A stretch of DNA of 64,000 nucleotides from Hormiphora californensis (GCA_020137815.1 CM035350.1:6758001-6822000); one strand, 5' to 3'. Shown: positions 1 to 22,889, numbered from the stretch's first letter. Notes: a model not told the origin generated them from the letters alone. Numbers and translations: made by a program.

Positions 1-1244
<1,244 letters not shown>

Positions 1245-2498
1245 AGTAATCTAGAATATCAGCAGCTGAAGAATAACAACATTATTGTCTAATAATTGAC
1301 CGTGACTGTCGGTTCAGAAATTCTGAAACACTGAGGATCGAAAATGAAATCGCTTGCTCTCACGCATGCAACAACTGCAACAAATAAAAACTAATAGTTG
1401 TGCGATGAGATTGAGAAACAAACAGCTCTCAGTGAGAGAGAGAGAAATGGGGGGTGTTCAACACCACAAACCACCTCAAGCTATAGCTCGGTATGGGCTA
1501 ATGGGCGAAGCGCGGGGGTGGTTAATAGCTGTAGCTAGCTCGAGAGGAGCGGGGGGTGGAGAACAAAGGCAGGGAGAGACACTTCTCACCACGAGAGTGA
1601 GAGTAAATGCAGAAATAGATGGAGATGTAACCATCGACCCTGGCTCACGCCCCAAGTTTGTTGAGTAAGGGGGGCCCTTACTCAACCACCCCACGTACTG
1701 TTAATAACAGTGTTATGTAGCTACATCCTCGATACTCAGTTTGAGGCCATTAATTGTACGTGCAAGCAGTTTGCATTATCATGCACTACATTTACCACAC
1801 CATATTCGACTTCGATTTGTTAGCGGGCAACCTAACGTTGTCCTGCTATGTTATAGCTCGAATCGAGCTGCTCGATAGCCTCTAGAAACCCATTGAAGGT
1901 ACATTGTACCCAGGGCATCTCCGGCGGAGCTGCCTAAAGAATGTATATGGTCTGTATTCAAAGTATAAAACTCATGGGTTTTTTGCCTAAAAGAAGTCTT
2001 GATACACATAGGCACACGGGAAGCGATACAAAATAAAAATAAGCACACTGCACAAACAAATGTAGGTAAAAAGTCCGAATAAAATACAGTTTTTGATTTG
2101 TAGGGTCGGATCGAATACGTTATAGATACATTTGGAAAGTTTTTTTAAAGTCAGTAGCGAGCGGGGTGATAGATGCACATCATACAAGGGGTAATTAAAC
2201 AAAAATGAAGCCATGCAATAATGTCTAGAAGTAACCAATCTATAATTTAATTTTACGTATAAGAAGTATAACTAGAATGTTCGGGACCCACAACATGCAA
2301 AGGATCAGTGCTGCCGCTGCAACATGTCGGAAAATTCTGGGATCACATTTTGGATTCTTTGACGAGGTGGTGGAGGGATGGGCAGCGGCGGCTTGTAGGT
2401 CACTGGAGTAACTCCTTTTCGAACAAACGACTCTAAGTCGATCTGAGAGGCCTGCGAAAAAAAGTGGGATAGATAGAGAGTGGAGAGAGGATAGATAA

Positions 2499-2547
<49 letters not shown>

Positions 2548-3789
2548 GAGAGAGAAAGAGAAGTATCAATTCCCCCTTTTTTTTCCCGGGCCCAACCCCC
2601 CCCATCTACCGAAGATCAGTTGGAAAAAAGTACTCAATAAAAGAGATAATACGAGGGGATATCTCAGTTTCAAACCCGGTCCCCTTTTGCCTCCATAACT
2701 CCAGTTTTTTTAACCCTCTCCCGGGGATTTCCCCCCAACAATTGTTTCTTGCCCGGAAATAGCTACCCTTTTTTAAAGTACAAAATAATCCCCCGGAAAA
2801 CCCTTTCGTCGAGTATTACACGGTATATAGAAAATTCCCTATTTTTTTTAAAAAAACTGACAACCCAAATATTCAAACACTAAAATCTAAAATAAAGGAC
2901 CTGATATTTTCTTATCACAAAACCCCTTTTGGGGATTGTTTTGTCTTGATGACATGAACCGAGAGAACCACGTTCTTTTCGGGGTTTCTGAATGGGAAAA
3001 AAAGTTTTGTTTGTAAAATTGAAACATGTAAAGGGGGGGTTACTCCGCGAAAAACCCAAATCAACTAAACTATTTTTTTCGTCGGGGGCCCCCCTGAGGG
3101 CCCATAAAAAAAGGTGAAAAAAACTGGCAAGTTTACCAGCAAACGGGGTCAAAAACCCAAATTTTTTAAATTTTTTGCCATGTGGCCCGGGGTCAACCCT
3201 CCTCTGTATCCCTTTTTGGGCCCCTTTTTAAACCTTCCACACGCAGGAAATTTTGGCCGGCCTGTGTAAACCCCACAGGCCCCCGAAACCGTCAAAAGAC
3301 TTAAAAATTGCGAAACCCTGCTCGGCCCAAGTCGGGCTAAAAAATCAGGAAGGGTTTCTGACTTCTTCAAAGGGATTTAAATTTAAAAAGACTTAGATAA
3401 CCCTGCAGTTTGGGAAGCTATAAAAAACCCGAGTTGTGATTTTTTCAAAACCACATTTCATTGGTACTTTTTTTGAGGGGGGGGAATTCCCCTCGCAATT
3501 GGTGACCAGTTTTAAACCCGTAAAGAAAAAAAATAAAACAGAGCCTTTTGATAAAGTATGGAGCAAAGAAAGGAGAAATCTGAGAGCGAAAGAGAGGACT
3601 GTGGAGCTGAGGGAGAGAGAGAGAGAGATCAGAGAGAGAGAGAGAAAGAGACCTGTCTGGCGGCGCCGACCCAATCTGAGCACACGGCCAAGAATCAAAA
3701 TCAAATCAGGATCTGGCGCCGCCAGATGCAGACAGATCTGAGAGCGGCACTTGCACTGTCGAGTATCAAAACGGGGTCTAATGCCGTGA

Positions 3790-3845
3790 CTGTCTGGCGC
3801 CGCGACCCATCTGAGAATCAAATGGGGTATGGCGCCGCCATACAG
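3790..3845. mobile_element. Micro-MITE (CTGTCTGGCGCC...GGCGCCGCCATACAG) with 8-bp TSD, hAT-like
   Basis: Terminal inverted repeats; flanks TGCCGTGA/TGCCTTGA (7/8 match). Family members at 49773-49853, 54408-54472, 59169-59211 and a noisy copy at ~3653-3735. Confidence 0.7.
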
Positions 3846-4487
3846 TGCCTTGACATAGTACGTACGGACAGTGTTATGTCAGGCGAGACAACCTCAACCT
3901 TCGCCCGATCCCATCACCTACACGACAGTTGTCATACACTGACTGTACATCGCGCAACCTACGCGGCCTCACGTAGCGCAACCTACGCGGCCTCACGTAG
4001 CCGCACCGGGCCTTCGGCCCGGTGCGAAGAGGAGAGTCTCATATGAGACAACATGACAGCAAACCGAAAGACCTGATACGATGTCTCCTGAGCTGCGCTG
4101 ACAAGGGCTCCTCAAATGTGTGCGCGCATGTCACACTGAATGCCTGTTTTGCATTCTTTCTCCAACTATTGTACAACCGCGCGTTACATGAAGTACGATT
4201 CAGAACTTAGCCCGCCAATTTTAACCTCAATTCAATGTCAGAGCCGTCCAATGGCAATACTCCGATAAATAAAACTGACAATTTTAAGGACTAAGTTAAA
4301 AATAGTATCTAAACAGTTTATTTAGTATTTACACTGCCACACTTGCAATATTGCAAAAAGTATTAAATCATAAATGCACATCTCCTGCCTTTTTAAATTT
4401 ATGTATAATGTATTTAACATTTGTTATGTTCTAACCCTCACTGTTTACCGAAACACAGTCTATCCAGGCAAATTAACATAATACATA

Positions 4488-4728
4488 CCTTACTCTCGTT
4501 AATTAAGCTCGCATATTTCAAGAAACTTTTAAATAAGAAACTTTTTTTCTAGGAAACTACAGGTGTAAGTAATCCAAAATCAAAAAGAACTTCTCCTTTA
4601 TCAAGAAACTAAACAAGTTAGGGGTGTTCTATTTTGTTGTGGTGTCTCTGAATTGTGTGATTTACATTTGAAAAGTTTCTTATAAAAAAGTTTCTTACTA
4701 AAGCGTTTCTTAAAAAACGAGAGTAAGG
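4488..4728. mobile_element. Tc1/mariner-type MITE
   Basis: TIRs CCTTACTCTCGTT / AACGAGAGTAAGG flanked by TA on both sides; internal AAGAAACTTT inverted motifs. Confidence 0.7.
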
Positions 4729-5029
4729 TATATAGTTATGTACTCATACCCGAAACCCACTTCAGTTGTTTAATTTGAAGTACTCACTCACACACAAATC
4801 CTGAACCCCCGGCTAGTACTAGTATGCAGCACTACTCCTGCAGTAGTACTCATGAGTAGTACTAGCAGCGGGGGGGGGGGGGGAGGAATGTGTTAAAATA
4901 TTTCACATCGTGCAGATTTGTGCACCTCCAAGAGGGAGAGATAGAGGAGGTGTAACTGTGCTGGTGGTGGTTGAGCTGACTCCCAGCAAGCATCACACGC
5001 ATCTCATTACAGTGCACTACACCATCACA

Positions 5030-5330
5030 CACACAGACGGATAGACAGACAAACACACACTGACAGACGGATATACAGACAAACAAATAAACACACATAC
5101 AGACGGATAGACAGACAAACAAATAAACACAGACACAGACGTATAGACAGACAAACAAATAAACACACACTGACAGACGGACAGACAGACAAACAAATAA
5201 ACACACTGACAGACGGATAGACAGACAAACAAATAAACACACTGACAGACGGATAGACAGACAAACAAATAAACACACAGTAACAGACGGATAGACAGAC
5301 AAACAAATAAACACACTGACAGACAGACAA
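5030..5330. repeat. Minisatellite, ~34-40 bp unit (ACAGACGGATAGACAGACAAACAAATAAACACACTG), ~8 copies
   Basis: Direct reading. Confidence 0.9.
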
Positions 5331-5492
5331 ATGTATAAACCGATTGACAGGACAAACTTTCAAACTTAAAGTTACAAATGCAAACTAACATCATGATAAT
5401 ACTCAAATAAAACCTACAGCGTGGTTATTTCAGAATCGTTCCTCTCTTAATTAGTTAATTATAATAAAGGGGTACACCTATTAATTAGTTAA

Positions 5493-13230
<7,738 letters not shown>

Positions 13231-13749
13231 ACCATCGAGTCGGGATGCCGCATAATTACATTAGGAAGTTACTAAAAAAGGAGACAGTTGATTTCGGATA
13301 GCCTGAGCTTAGTAAGCATAACGTATTACTCAATTTCATTTTCAGTTGCATATTGAGGTAGTGATTTTATGTGTAAAGGGGTGCTTGTTTCATCGGGATA
13401 TTGATGAAAATAGCAGATGGTCCATGCCCGTATATGGTCAATGCCCGTATTGTTCTCAGCACTCGCACTGCCATTTGAAGGGGTGACGACTTGGCAGTTG
13501 GCCTTGATTTGCATTTTGCCTAGCTAGACCGGAGACCCCTTTGAACAAAACAAGCCTAGATCTCGTTTGTGAGCGTTTAACATATCCTTTGTTTGCAGTG
13601 GTATTACGGGTATCGAAATTCGAAAGCCTACACACCCTAAATTATACCTGTCACTGTGCGAACTACATTGACCAACGACAGCCCAAGACACGCACCTGAA
13701 ATCGGTGTGTTCTGAGCGGTAATTGGGAGCTCATGTTGGCATACGTTGC

Positions 13750-15360
13750 AGGCCCCTTATAATATAATATAAGGGGCCTGGAGGGAATACCGCGCTAGGG
13801 GGGAATACATAATCAATCATATCTCCGGTTCCAGATAAGGTACAGAAATCGTTTTGGTAGCGTTGGAAAGAGGAAGATAACAGCTTTCAAATGCAACCGG
13901 TTTCAGGTCTCTATCTTATCAGGAACAGGAGATATGAACCAAACTCCGCAAAATCGAGTGCGGTAAAATCAAAATTTGAATGAAATTTTAAAAAAGGTGT
14001 CCCTGCAAGAATCTGTGACGTCACTTTTTGAAAACAACCCATCTTTCAACGGCTATTGCTCAGCCTCCTTAAGTCCAATTAACTTTTCTCAAAAACAGCA
14101 AGGTAGATAATCGTCAGATCTAACAACTGGTGAAAGAATCAAGTCAAACGGACTTCAGGAGCCAAAGTTATAAGCACCGCCGTTTTTTCGACCGCAAAGT
14201 TATCTTCGACCCAGCCGGGATCAGGCCAAACGCGCGCGCGGCATTCCCTCCAGTCCCCTCGTTGCGGGGGTGCGCGCATGAGGGGGCTGCAGCGCATTCC
14301 AAGAGCTCATGCAGTGAGACGTAATTAAAGTCCAATTTTTTATTTAAGCGACAGGCCGCCGCGCATCAAAATGGAGCACTTGAAATCGATTTCCGGTTCC
14401 TGATAAGCTAGCGACTTTTTCTTGGTGCCATTGGAAAGATAAAAATTTTATCTTTCCAACGCAACCAAGATCAAGTCTTTATCTTATCAGGAACCGGAGA
14501 TATGGCCAATTAACTAATTGAGTGCGCGGCGGCCTGTCGCTTAAATAAAAAATTCGACTATACTTAAAGTCGGATTTTTTGAAGTTGTCACCCCCCTTCT
14601 CGTGCGCGGAATGTTTTTGCGCGTCACATCACATGTTAACGTGTGGTGTGCGCGTCAAAATTGATAAATTTCACATGCGCGGTCATTTCGGGGTGACAAC
14701 TTCAAAAAATCCGACTTTAATTAGGGTCCCAATGGATACAACAGAGCTTTTTTAATTGGAATGCCGGGTACCGTCGTTCAGCCTTCAGCCGTGAGACAGG
14801 GTCCAGACTCCAGGGAAACTTTCCCCGGGAAAGTGGAAAGTCACTTTGAAAACCAAAAAGAGTTAAACTCGAATTTATTTAGTTTCACCTATCTGAGCTG
14901 CGGAGGCGCGCATTAGAATTTCGCGCGTTACGTATTAATGCATCGCATTTTATGACCCTGATTGAGTTCATTTTTCGCGAACTTTTTTGCTTTTTCAAAA
15001 AATTTTGGCGATCCGCCAGCTTTTGAATTTTTAAGTTTTTCTTCCCCAGCAGCGTTTGCCAAGTTTCTTAGGGCTTCCTAGTTCACACTCACTACTGCAG
15101 CTTTTTATAACGTACTGTAAACATTGGTAAAGTCGGATTTTTTGAAACTGTCACCCCCCTGAAATAACAAAATTTGCCATATCTCCGGTTCCTGATAAGA
15201 TAGAGACTTGAAATTTGGAGGTTCGGAAGAACTTAGCAAGATCTTCGTAACCTCCAAATTTCAAGTCTCTATCTCGTCAGGAACCGCATTTATGGTCATT
15301 TACGAAATTTGAAAATACCCAGGGGGGTGACAGTTTCAAAAAATCCGACTTTAAAGGCAA
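13750..15360. mobile_element. Cluster of related hairpin/foldback modules (nested or adjacent MITEs, or DNA-transposon remnant)
   Basis: Palindromic units at ~13750-13779, 13820-13933, 14325-14560, 14565-14720 and 15128-15353 share AAAGTCGGATTTTTTGAA/TTCAAAAAATCCGACTTT and ATCTCCGGTTCCTGATAAG motifs. Confidence 0.7.
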
Positions 15361-15994
15361 ACCCAACCAACAATAGCCCTGCCGCGCGCCACCCCAAAAA
15401 GCATCTCAATACCTACAGATTTTTTTCAGGTCTCGCGTGTTTTCTAAACTTTGCAAACTTCTCCAAATTTTACTTTACAACTTTTTCCAACTGTTCTTGC
15501 CACTTTTCAAGGCTTGATGGAAGTCTTTTGAGGCTGCATTTTCTGCTGAAAATGAATCCTTCTTTTGCAATTATCTTGCTTTCAGATGCTTTTGCCCTAA
15601 AAGCTGTGTTCAAGGGTCAAATACCCTAACAGTGCGATAAAAGAGGGACAAAAGGTGGTTATTTGACTCTTGGACACACATAACTTTTAGCGCCAAAACA
15701 TTTGAAAGCAAGATAATGGCAAAATAAGGATTCAAACCCAGCACTGGGCCAGCAGAAAACGTAGCTTTAAATGGTGTCAATCAAAAGACAAAACCATAAG
15801 ACAAAACAAAATTAGAAAGTTAAAAGTACTGAAGTTTGCGAAGTTTTGAAAGCACAAGCGATACCTAATATGTTAAGGTGTTGGGATGCTTTCGGATCAA
15901 TAAATTACCAAATTCTAGCGTTTAGTAACACCCTTCTCTTCAGATTATCGCAACCTGAACCAGGGAAGATCTTCTCATAATTAAAGATGAATTA

Positions 15995-16388
15995 GGGTCA
16001 CCACACACCAAAGTTAAAATTAAAATTAAAATTTGACGTTTTTGGTCATAACTCTGCCATTTCTTGGCAAAATTGCTTCATTTTGGGCTTGTTGGAAAGA
16101 GGGCATCGAGCCCGTTCTGAACAGCCCAAGAAACTTGAAATCGGCGCAAAGTGCGCGGCGTTAAGGCGCATAATGCGCGCGTTAAAATTTTAAAATTTTA
16201 ACACACACATTTTGCACTGTAACGCCGCGCAATTTGCGCCGATTTCAAGTTTCTTGGGCTGTTCAGAACGGGCTCGATGCCCTCTTTCCAACAAGCCCAA
16301 AATGAAGCAATTTTGCCAAGAAATGGCAGAGTTATGACCAAAAACGTCAAATTTTAATTTTAATTTTAACTTTGGTGTGTGGTGACCC
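15995..16388. mobile_element. PIF/Harbinger (Tourist-like) MITE with long TIRs
   Basis: Near-perfect inverted repeats of ~155 bp (GGGTCACCACACACC...GGTGTGTGGTGACCC) flanked by a TTA TSD (15992-15994, 16389-16391). Confidence 0.85.
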
Positions 16389-16814
16389 TTAACTGAAGCG
16401 TTAAGGGTCCCGCTATTCTAACCCAGTCAAGGGAGCTGGGAGACGATGCAAGTGAATCAAATCATCAAAATCAGGTATGAACAGTTAAATGTTAATATCA
16501 CTAGCATGGCTGGGGTGACCGCCCTTCTCGATGTGTCGACCCTTTTTTCTCTCTCCCGGCTTTCCATTTCTCTATTTCCTCATCTCTGTGTCTCTCTCTG
16601 TCTCTCTCTCTGTCTCTCTCTGCCTCCCTCTCTCTCTCTCTCTCTGTCTCTCTGTCTCTCTCTCTCTCTCGCACTCTCTCTCTCTCTCTGTTCTCTCTCT
16701 GTTCTCTCTCACTCTCTCTCCCTCTCTCTCTCTGTATATCTCTTTCTCTCTCCTTTTTTTTATCTCTCTCTCTCTCTCTCTCTCTCACTCTCTCCGCGTA
16801 ACCAAACTACGTAT

Positions 16815-17100
16815 TGACCCACCTCTGGATCCCTACTAAGCAACATGTGGACCCCTTCCAACCCACTCCTGAGTCCTTTACCTCAGCTCCCTTCTAACCG
16901 ACCTCTCGTACCCCTTTTTCCCAACTCTGGAACACTTGTTGCTGACCTCTCGACATTTTCTTACTTCTAACCCACCTCTTGCCGGGCAAGAGGTTGCAAG
17001 ACTTGTCCCCTACCCATCTTCTAACCCACCTAACAGACCCCTTCTAACCCACCTAACAGACCCCTTGTAACCCGCATTTGAACCCCCTCTAACCCAGACC
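16815..17100. repeat. Degenerate tandem repeat (CCTTCTAACCCACCT-like)
   Basis: Repeated CTTCTAACCCACCT words. Confidence 0.6.
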
Positions 17101-17305
17101 ACCTCTGACCTCAATAGTTTATCAAATTTATTAATAACACAATACTCTCTCAGATCCCGTTCCGGGAACCAAATTACTGGGCCAAGATTACCTACAGACT
17201 AGATGAGCTAAACACTCTTGTAGGGGAACCGTTCACAGCAGCTTCTCATCACCGGCAGATCTTTATTGATGGATTTACAGACCCTGGTAAGTGGACCCCC
17301 CTCTC

Positions 17306-17375
<70 letters not shown>

Positions 17376-17424
17376 GCTCTCTATCTCTCGCTCTCTATCT
17401 CTTTCTCATTCTCATTCCCTTTGT

Positions 17425-17892
17425 CATTCTCTCATTCTGTCATTCTGTCATTCTCTCTCTGTGTCATTCTCTCTCTGTAATTCTCTCTCTGTCATTCTCT
17501 CTCTGTAATTCTCTCTCTGTCATTCTCTCTCTGTCATTCTCTCTCTGTCATTCTCTCTCTGTAATTCTCTCTCTGTCATTCTCTCTCTGTAATTCTCTCT
17601 CTGTCATTCTCTCTCTGTCATTCTCTCTCTGTAATTCTCTCTCTGTCATTCTCTCTCTGTAATTCTCTCTCTGTAATTCTCTCTCTGTCATTCTCTCTCT
17701 GTCATTCTCTCTCTGTCATTCTCTCTCTGTCATTCTCTCTCTGTCATTCTCTCTCTCTGTCATTCTCTCTCTGTCATTCTCTCTCTGTCATTCTCTCTCT
17801 GTCATTCTCTCCTTGTCATTCTCTCTCTGTCATTCTCTCTCTGTCATTCTCTCTCTCTGTCATTCTCTCTCTGTAATTCTCTCTCTGTCATT
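17425..17892. repeat. Minisatellite, 14-bp unit CTCTCTCTGT(C/A)ATT, ~30 copies
   Basis: Direct reading. Confidence 0.95.
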
Positions 17893-17924
17893 GCAATGCC
17901 GATTGCCGTCACTGCCATATAACG

Positions 17925-18341
17925 GGCGCCAAAAAAGCCGAATCCGCCCTGAAATCCGGGTCTAATTTGGCTTTTTTGATCTGGCTTTTTTTATTTGGCA
18001 GTTATGATCTGGCTTTTTTGATCTGGCTTTTTTGATCTGCTTTTTTTGGGTTTTTTGATCTGCCTTTTTTGGCTCTTTCTGATCTGGCTTTTTTGGCATT
18101 TTTGATCTGGCTGTTTTTTATATCAAACTTTTTTCGGTATATTATATCTTTTCCCTATCGATATAAAATGGTAAAACTAGATCAAAGAAGTCATTTTAAA
18201 GTGTTTTTGATGTCATACAGACCATATATAATGTCAGAATTACATGCCAAAATGACCAAAAAAGTAGGGCCAAAAAAGCTAAACCCGCCCTAACTCTGGG
18301 ATTGATCTGGCTTTTTTGGCCTTGCCTCCCCCCCCCCCCCA
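17925..18341. mobile_element. Second copy of the (GATCTGGCTTTTTT)n element family, ending in poly-C
   Basis: Reverse-complement similarity to 838-1084. Confidence 0.6.
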
Positions 18342-18523
18342 TAACATTTATTATTACTCGTCTGACGTCTCAATCATTCTGACCACATCCACCACATCCC
18401 CGTTGAAGCCTACCATTTCGTGACATGTCTTACTTCCCCTTTAGACCATCCCATTTCGTGACATGTCGCCAAGAATCGAACCCCGCCTGCAATAACTGCT
18501 ACATTAAATCAGGTGGAAACAGC

Positions 18524-19368
18524 ATGCGGAGAATGAGTAATGATAGAGTGAGGACAGAGTCATCGAATACTTCGATAAATAGTCTTAGTAACAGACAAAG
18601 TCGCCGCTATTCTAAACAAGTGGATGCCGCTATTATTAAGGTAAGTGTGGAAGATGGTTGGCAGGGTGGGGGGGGGGGTTGTAAAGATAACCAAATATCA
18701 CCATGACAAGCACGGGTTACATAGTAAACTGGGGATTGTGTGGATTGTAGATCTTGTGGTTTTGTGCCCTAAATTGTGGTTGTGTGCCCTAAATTGTGGT
18801 TGTGTGCCCTAAATCCATCAACTTCCTCTCTAGATATTGGATATGTTTCGGAACCTCCCCAGTTACCTCCCAATCCAGAGGCACTGGGTTTCATGGACGG
18901 GCTCATGGAGGGTCGGAATACCAGACCATCTCTCACCGGGGACACCATCTTATCACACAGAGGTACTATCTTATCACACAGTTGCAGCTGTTATATCTCC
19001 CCCCCCCCCCCACCCTTTTCGCTCCTTTCTCATCTCCCCTTTTATTTCTCCTCCCATTATGGGCCCAATACTAAACCATCCTCCCCCAATAATAGCCTAC
19101 CCCCTCTCTAGGGTCCAATACTACACAGTGGAAGATGGAAATAAGGAACTATCCCCGGATACAATAGATTGGACAGTAGACAGACCGATTCTCACATTCC
19201 TAACTTACTCGAGCTATAATAACGGAACTTGCAACTGTGAGGCAGCAAACTCGTCTGGTACTGTAACCAGCACCGATGCGATCTATCATCTACCAATATG
19301 GACTATGGAGGTAAATGAGTGGGTCGGGTAATTGCCAATTGGTTGGGTAATTGGCATAGATCGAGAGG

Positions 19369-19458
<90 letters not shown>

Positions 19459-20103
19459 TCTCTCTCTCTCTTCTTCCTCTCACATCTTTTCTGCTCTCTC
19501 TCTCCTCTCTCTTCTCCTCTCTCTCGCCGCGCGCTACTCCTTCTCGCGCTTCTCTCTCTCTGACTTTTTTCTCTTTTTGGACGACCTCGATATTTGGACA
19601 GCCCGGGGTACATTCCCTTAACCGAAATGGCATTTCAATTTCCTGAGTTACTCGATATTATTATTATCAAAAAACTTTCTTTTTACAGATTGTTACAACA
19701 AGAAAGTGGAAGAAGGGGTTTAGGAGCTCTGGGATCTTTAATGAACTGCTGATCCTAGTTGATTGGTGAGTTTAAAAACAGGGCACAGGTGAAAGTAAGA
19801 GAAAACAACTCTGATTTTGATGAAATAAGAATGTTCTTTGGTCTCTAAATCATTTGTTAACAGTCAACACATAGGACACGCAGTCTAAATTCTCATTTAT
19901 TTCCATCTAATCTCTGTTGTTGTTGTTAGTATCACTCTATCTTGTTTCACTTTCAGGTGTTTTATGAACGCGAAGAATATGACGTGATTATGGAAAAGAT
20001 CCCAAATATCGATGTGTTCACTGTTGGACGACCGTCTGTTTTATTGATGCTTTATCGAAAAAGTGGGTCGAGTATGTTTAATGTTAAAGGAGGAATGAAG
20101 TGA
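18524..20103 (+). CDS. Putative small multi-exon gene, unknown product
   Basis: Exon-like blocks with good splice signals (donor GTAAGT 18640; ~18833-18962; 19112-19309 VQYYTVEDG...CNCEAANSSG; 19690-19764; from 19957). Frame continuity at both ends is ambiguous. Confidence 0.35.
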
Positions 20104-21497
20104 ACAAGAACAATGAATCGGGAAGATAAAGAGTTTTTATAAAAACAATCAATTAATTTTCATACATTTATTTGTGTTCGTTTGATTATTTGATTGTCCA
20201 TTAATTTTATTCTTATTTGGCTGATTAATATATTGGTCTACCGTACAATCAAAGATCCTTTCAATTTGTCACTGTCAGGTCCAATTTCCGATCCCTTTGT
20301 CCTCGTTCCCGCTCAAACGAAATGAAAGCACACCAACTTGCGCGCAAAACCGTTGAGAAGTCCGCGCGGGGTCACACTCACTGCTGACATTCGCTTGCCA
20401 TCTTTTAAACCCAACCCTTGTACGTAACGCGCGATGACTTGATTTGAGGGCTATTTTAGCTTGGGTTTTCGTTTATTTCCGCGGGTGAACATTTCCGCGG
20501 ATTCATGATTTTTGACCTGTTTCACCAGGGGCGGTGCGCGGCGTTCATTCACGAAAAAAAATTTGGGTCCAGCGCTGCAGAAAATACATTTAAATGTAAC
20601 GCGCGAAGGGTGGTCTGGACCATATTGGTCAATAGCGCTGCCACATTAGCTTTTTCCCGCGCGCATTCGTTTTTTAAATTGAAAATCGGCTCATTTTTTC
20701 ACTTTTTTTGACGATTTTTTCACTTTTTGGCAAGTTTTCCTATTTTCTTCTCTTCTTTCGTCCAAAAAGTGGGTCCTGGACCCAAGGGATCCAGCCTTGC
20801 TTCGCCCCTGTGTTTCACGGTAAGATTTTTCGCGGATCTCTCTTCCCTAAATTTAAACTGCTATTTAGAAACTAATCTCCGAAAAAGTTTCATGGTCAAA
20901 AATTTCACGGTTTTTCAATCCCGAAAAACGCGAAGATAAATGCACCGCAACAATAACAACGTTTACAGTAATCAGTATTACAATTTACATTTGATTATTG
21001 TCAAGTGTATACACGTATTAAGTATTTATATTCACCCCCCCCCCCCCCCCATTACGTATAACGATCATTTTATCGGATTGAGTTGCTGTGTCTGTACGCT
21101 GATCAAATTTCTGTGTGTCGAAGTAAATTGTCCGTATTCGGTCTGTGACAGACCGCTGACCGAAGTCAGAACAGACAGTCCGTCGCCCGTTAAATATTTC
21201 ACATTGTACCTTTAACTTTTATATCGATCATGATGCCTGCTCATTTGGCTATGAAAGATCAAAGCGAAGACCAAATACCAAATTAAGGTTACACGTATGT
21301 TCGATCAGAGAGATTGAAAGAGAGATTGAATCATAAAATACGGGACATTTGATCTATTATATCTCTTTGAGTCAAAGACTTTGACAAAAGTTTGCTTTCG
21401 ATCTTGATGACCGTGAGGTGATCTAATCAGTGACGAAGATCTTGGGATCACATACCAAGATGGACATTTTAATTCATTTCTTCTTCAGGTAGTAAAC

Positions 21498-22037
21498 ATG
21501 ATCGACCAACTACCACTGGAGGTTTTCAACATGGTCCTGGAGTATCTACCTGCAAAATCTACACTGGAAGTGGCGTGTGTCTCGCAGACCATGCTCGAAG
21601 CTGCGGGTGATTCACGGTTGTGGCAGGCTTACTGTGAGCGCGACTTCAATGTATCTGTCCGACACCCAAGCCTTGCGAAGGACATGTACCGCACCTTTCT
21701 GGTTCCATCCCGCACCCTCATTGGTACTTGGGATAGAGTTGTTCGCCCTAAGGTGGGCCATCTGGCGGTAACATTCTCCAAATCCAGCTACACTGTTACT
21801 GGTGCTTGGCATAGACCTGGCAGCTCCCCTTCTCGGATCTTCTCTGCACGCTTTGTTGAGGGCTCACCGCAGTTTGTTTGTGAAGTCGGAGGGAAAGCCC
21901 ATCCTTGCATCGCGACAGTTGTAAAGAGATCTGTGTGTGGAATCAGAACAGAGTGTCTGGCACTCAGTTGCAAAATGAGGCATTACCCTTCAAACAGTTT
22001 CCACTTTGTGAAACGATCTTTCAAAGGAGGCTTCTAA
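21498..22037 (+). CDS. F-box protein, FBXO31-like N-terminal half, intronless CDS (179 aa)
   Basis: F-box (LPLEVFNMVLEYLP...VACVSQ...DSRLWQAYC) followed by YRTFL..RTLIGTW....GHLAV, which resembles recalled FBXO31 YAKLL..RHILGLW....GGLLNV. Acceptor AG 9 nt before ATG; AATAAA downstream. Confidence 0.7.
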   Translation: MIDQLPLEVFNMVLEYLPAKSTLEVACVSQTMLEAAGDSRLWQAYCERDFNVSVRHPSLAKDMYRTFLVPSRTLIGTWDRVVRPKVGHLAVTFSKSSYTVTGAWHRPGSSPSRIFSARFVEGSPQFVCEVGGKAHPCIATVVKRSVCGIRTECLALSCKMRHYPSNSFHFVKRSFKGGF

Positions 22038-22633
22038 TATTTAGTCGCTTGACACTATGTTCCTGCTAAAATAATAATAAAGTATGATTTTCTTACTTCT
22101 TGACTTTCTTACATTTTGATCTGTGAAGAGAGATACTGGCGAAAGTGCTCGACTGGAACTTGAACAAAACAATTTCCGATTAGACTTTCTTACTTCTCTA
22201 TAAATAAAATAATGATAATATAATGTGTTTAAATTTTAAAACATAAGACTTATCGATCCTAAAATAAAATTGATGCGTTTTAGCATGTTTTTAAATTGCA
22301 ATTTATAGAAAATATATGTTTGTTTGCAGACAAAATAGTTTTCAGAGTGAATTGTTCAATATCGGGCGGTAAATTTGATTGTAAGTAATCTGTAAAACTT
22401 GGCCGCCCTGTTATCAATTTAGCAGTTTTATTATCAGAGTTTTCTCATGTTTTTATACATTTTTTAATATTTTCTTACACATTTCCCTTTTAACAATTGT
22501 TTTATTGGCGTCAATTCTATCCTCGTCCCCCCCTCCTATTCCACTAATTGGCATTGATTGACTCCTCTCGCCGAGTGTCACCCATCTCTTATTTCTTACA
22601 CGAATGTGTGGCTTTCCTGTCTCTCAGCATCTT

Positions 22634-22710
<77 letters not shown>

Positions 22711-22814
22711 GTTCTCTCTCTATCTCTCTCTATCTCTCCTTCTCTCTCTCTCTCTCTCTCTCTCTCGCTCCTTCTCGCTCTTTCTCTCTCTATCTTTCTC
22801 CACTCTCTCTCTTC

Positions 22815-22889
<75 letters not shown>

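Noticed and set aside
2240-3780. ORFs and odd homopolymer-rich sequence
   Set aside because: It looks like low-accuracy long-read consensus: inflated homopolymers, broken microsatellites and a garbled micro-MITE copy. No credible coding signal.
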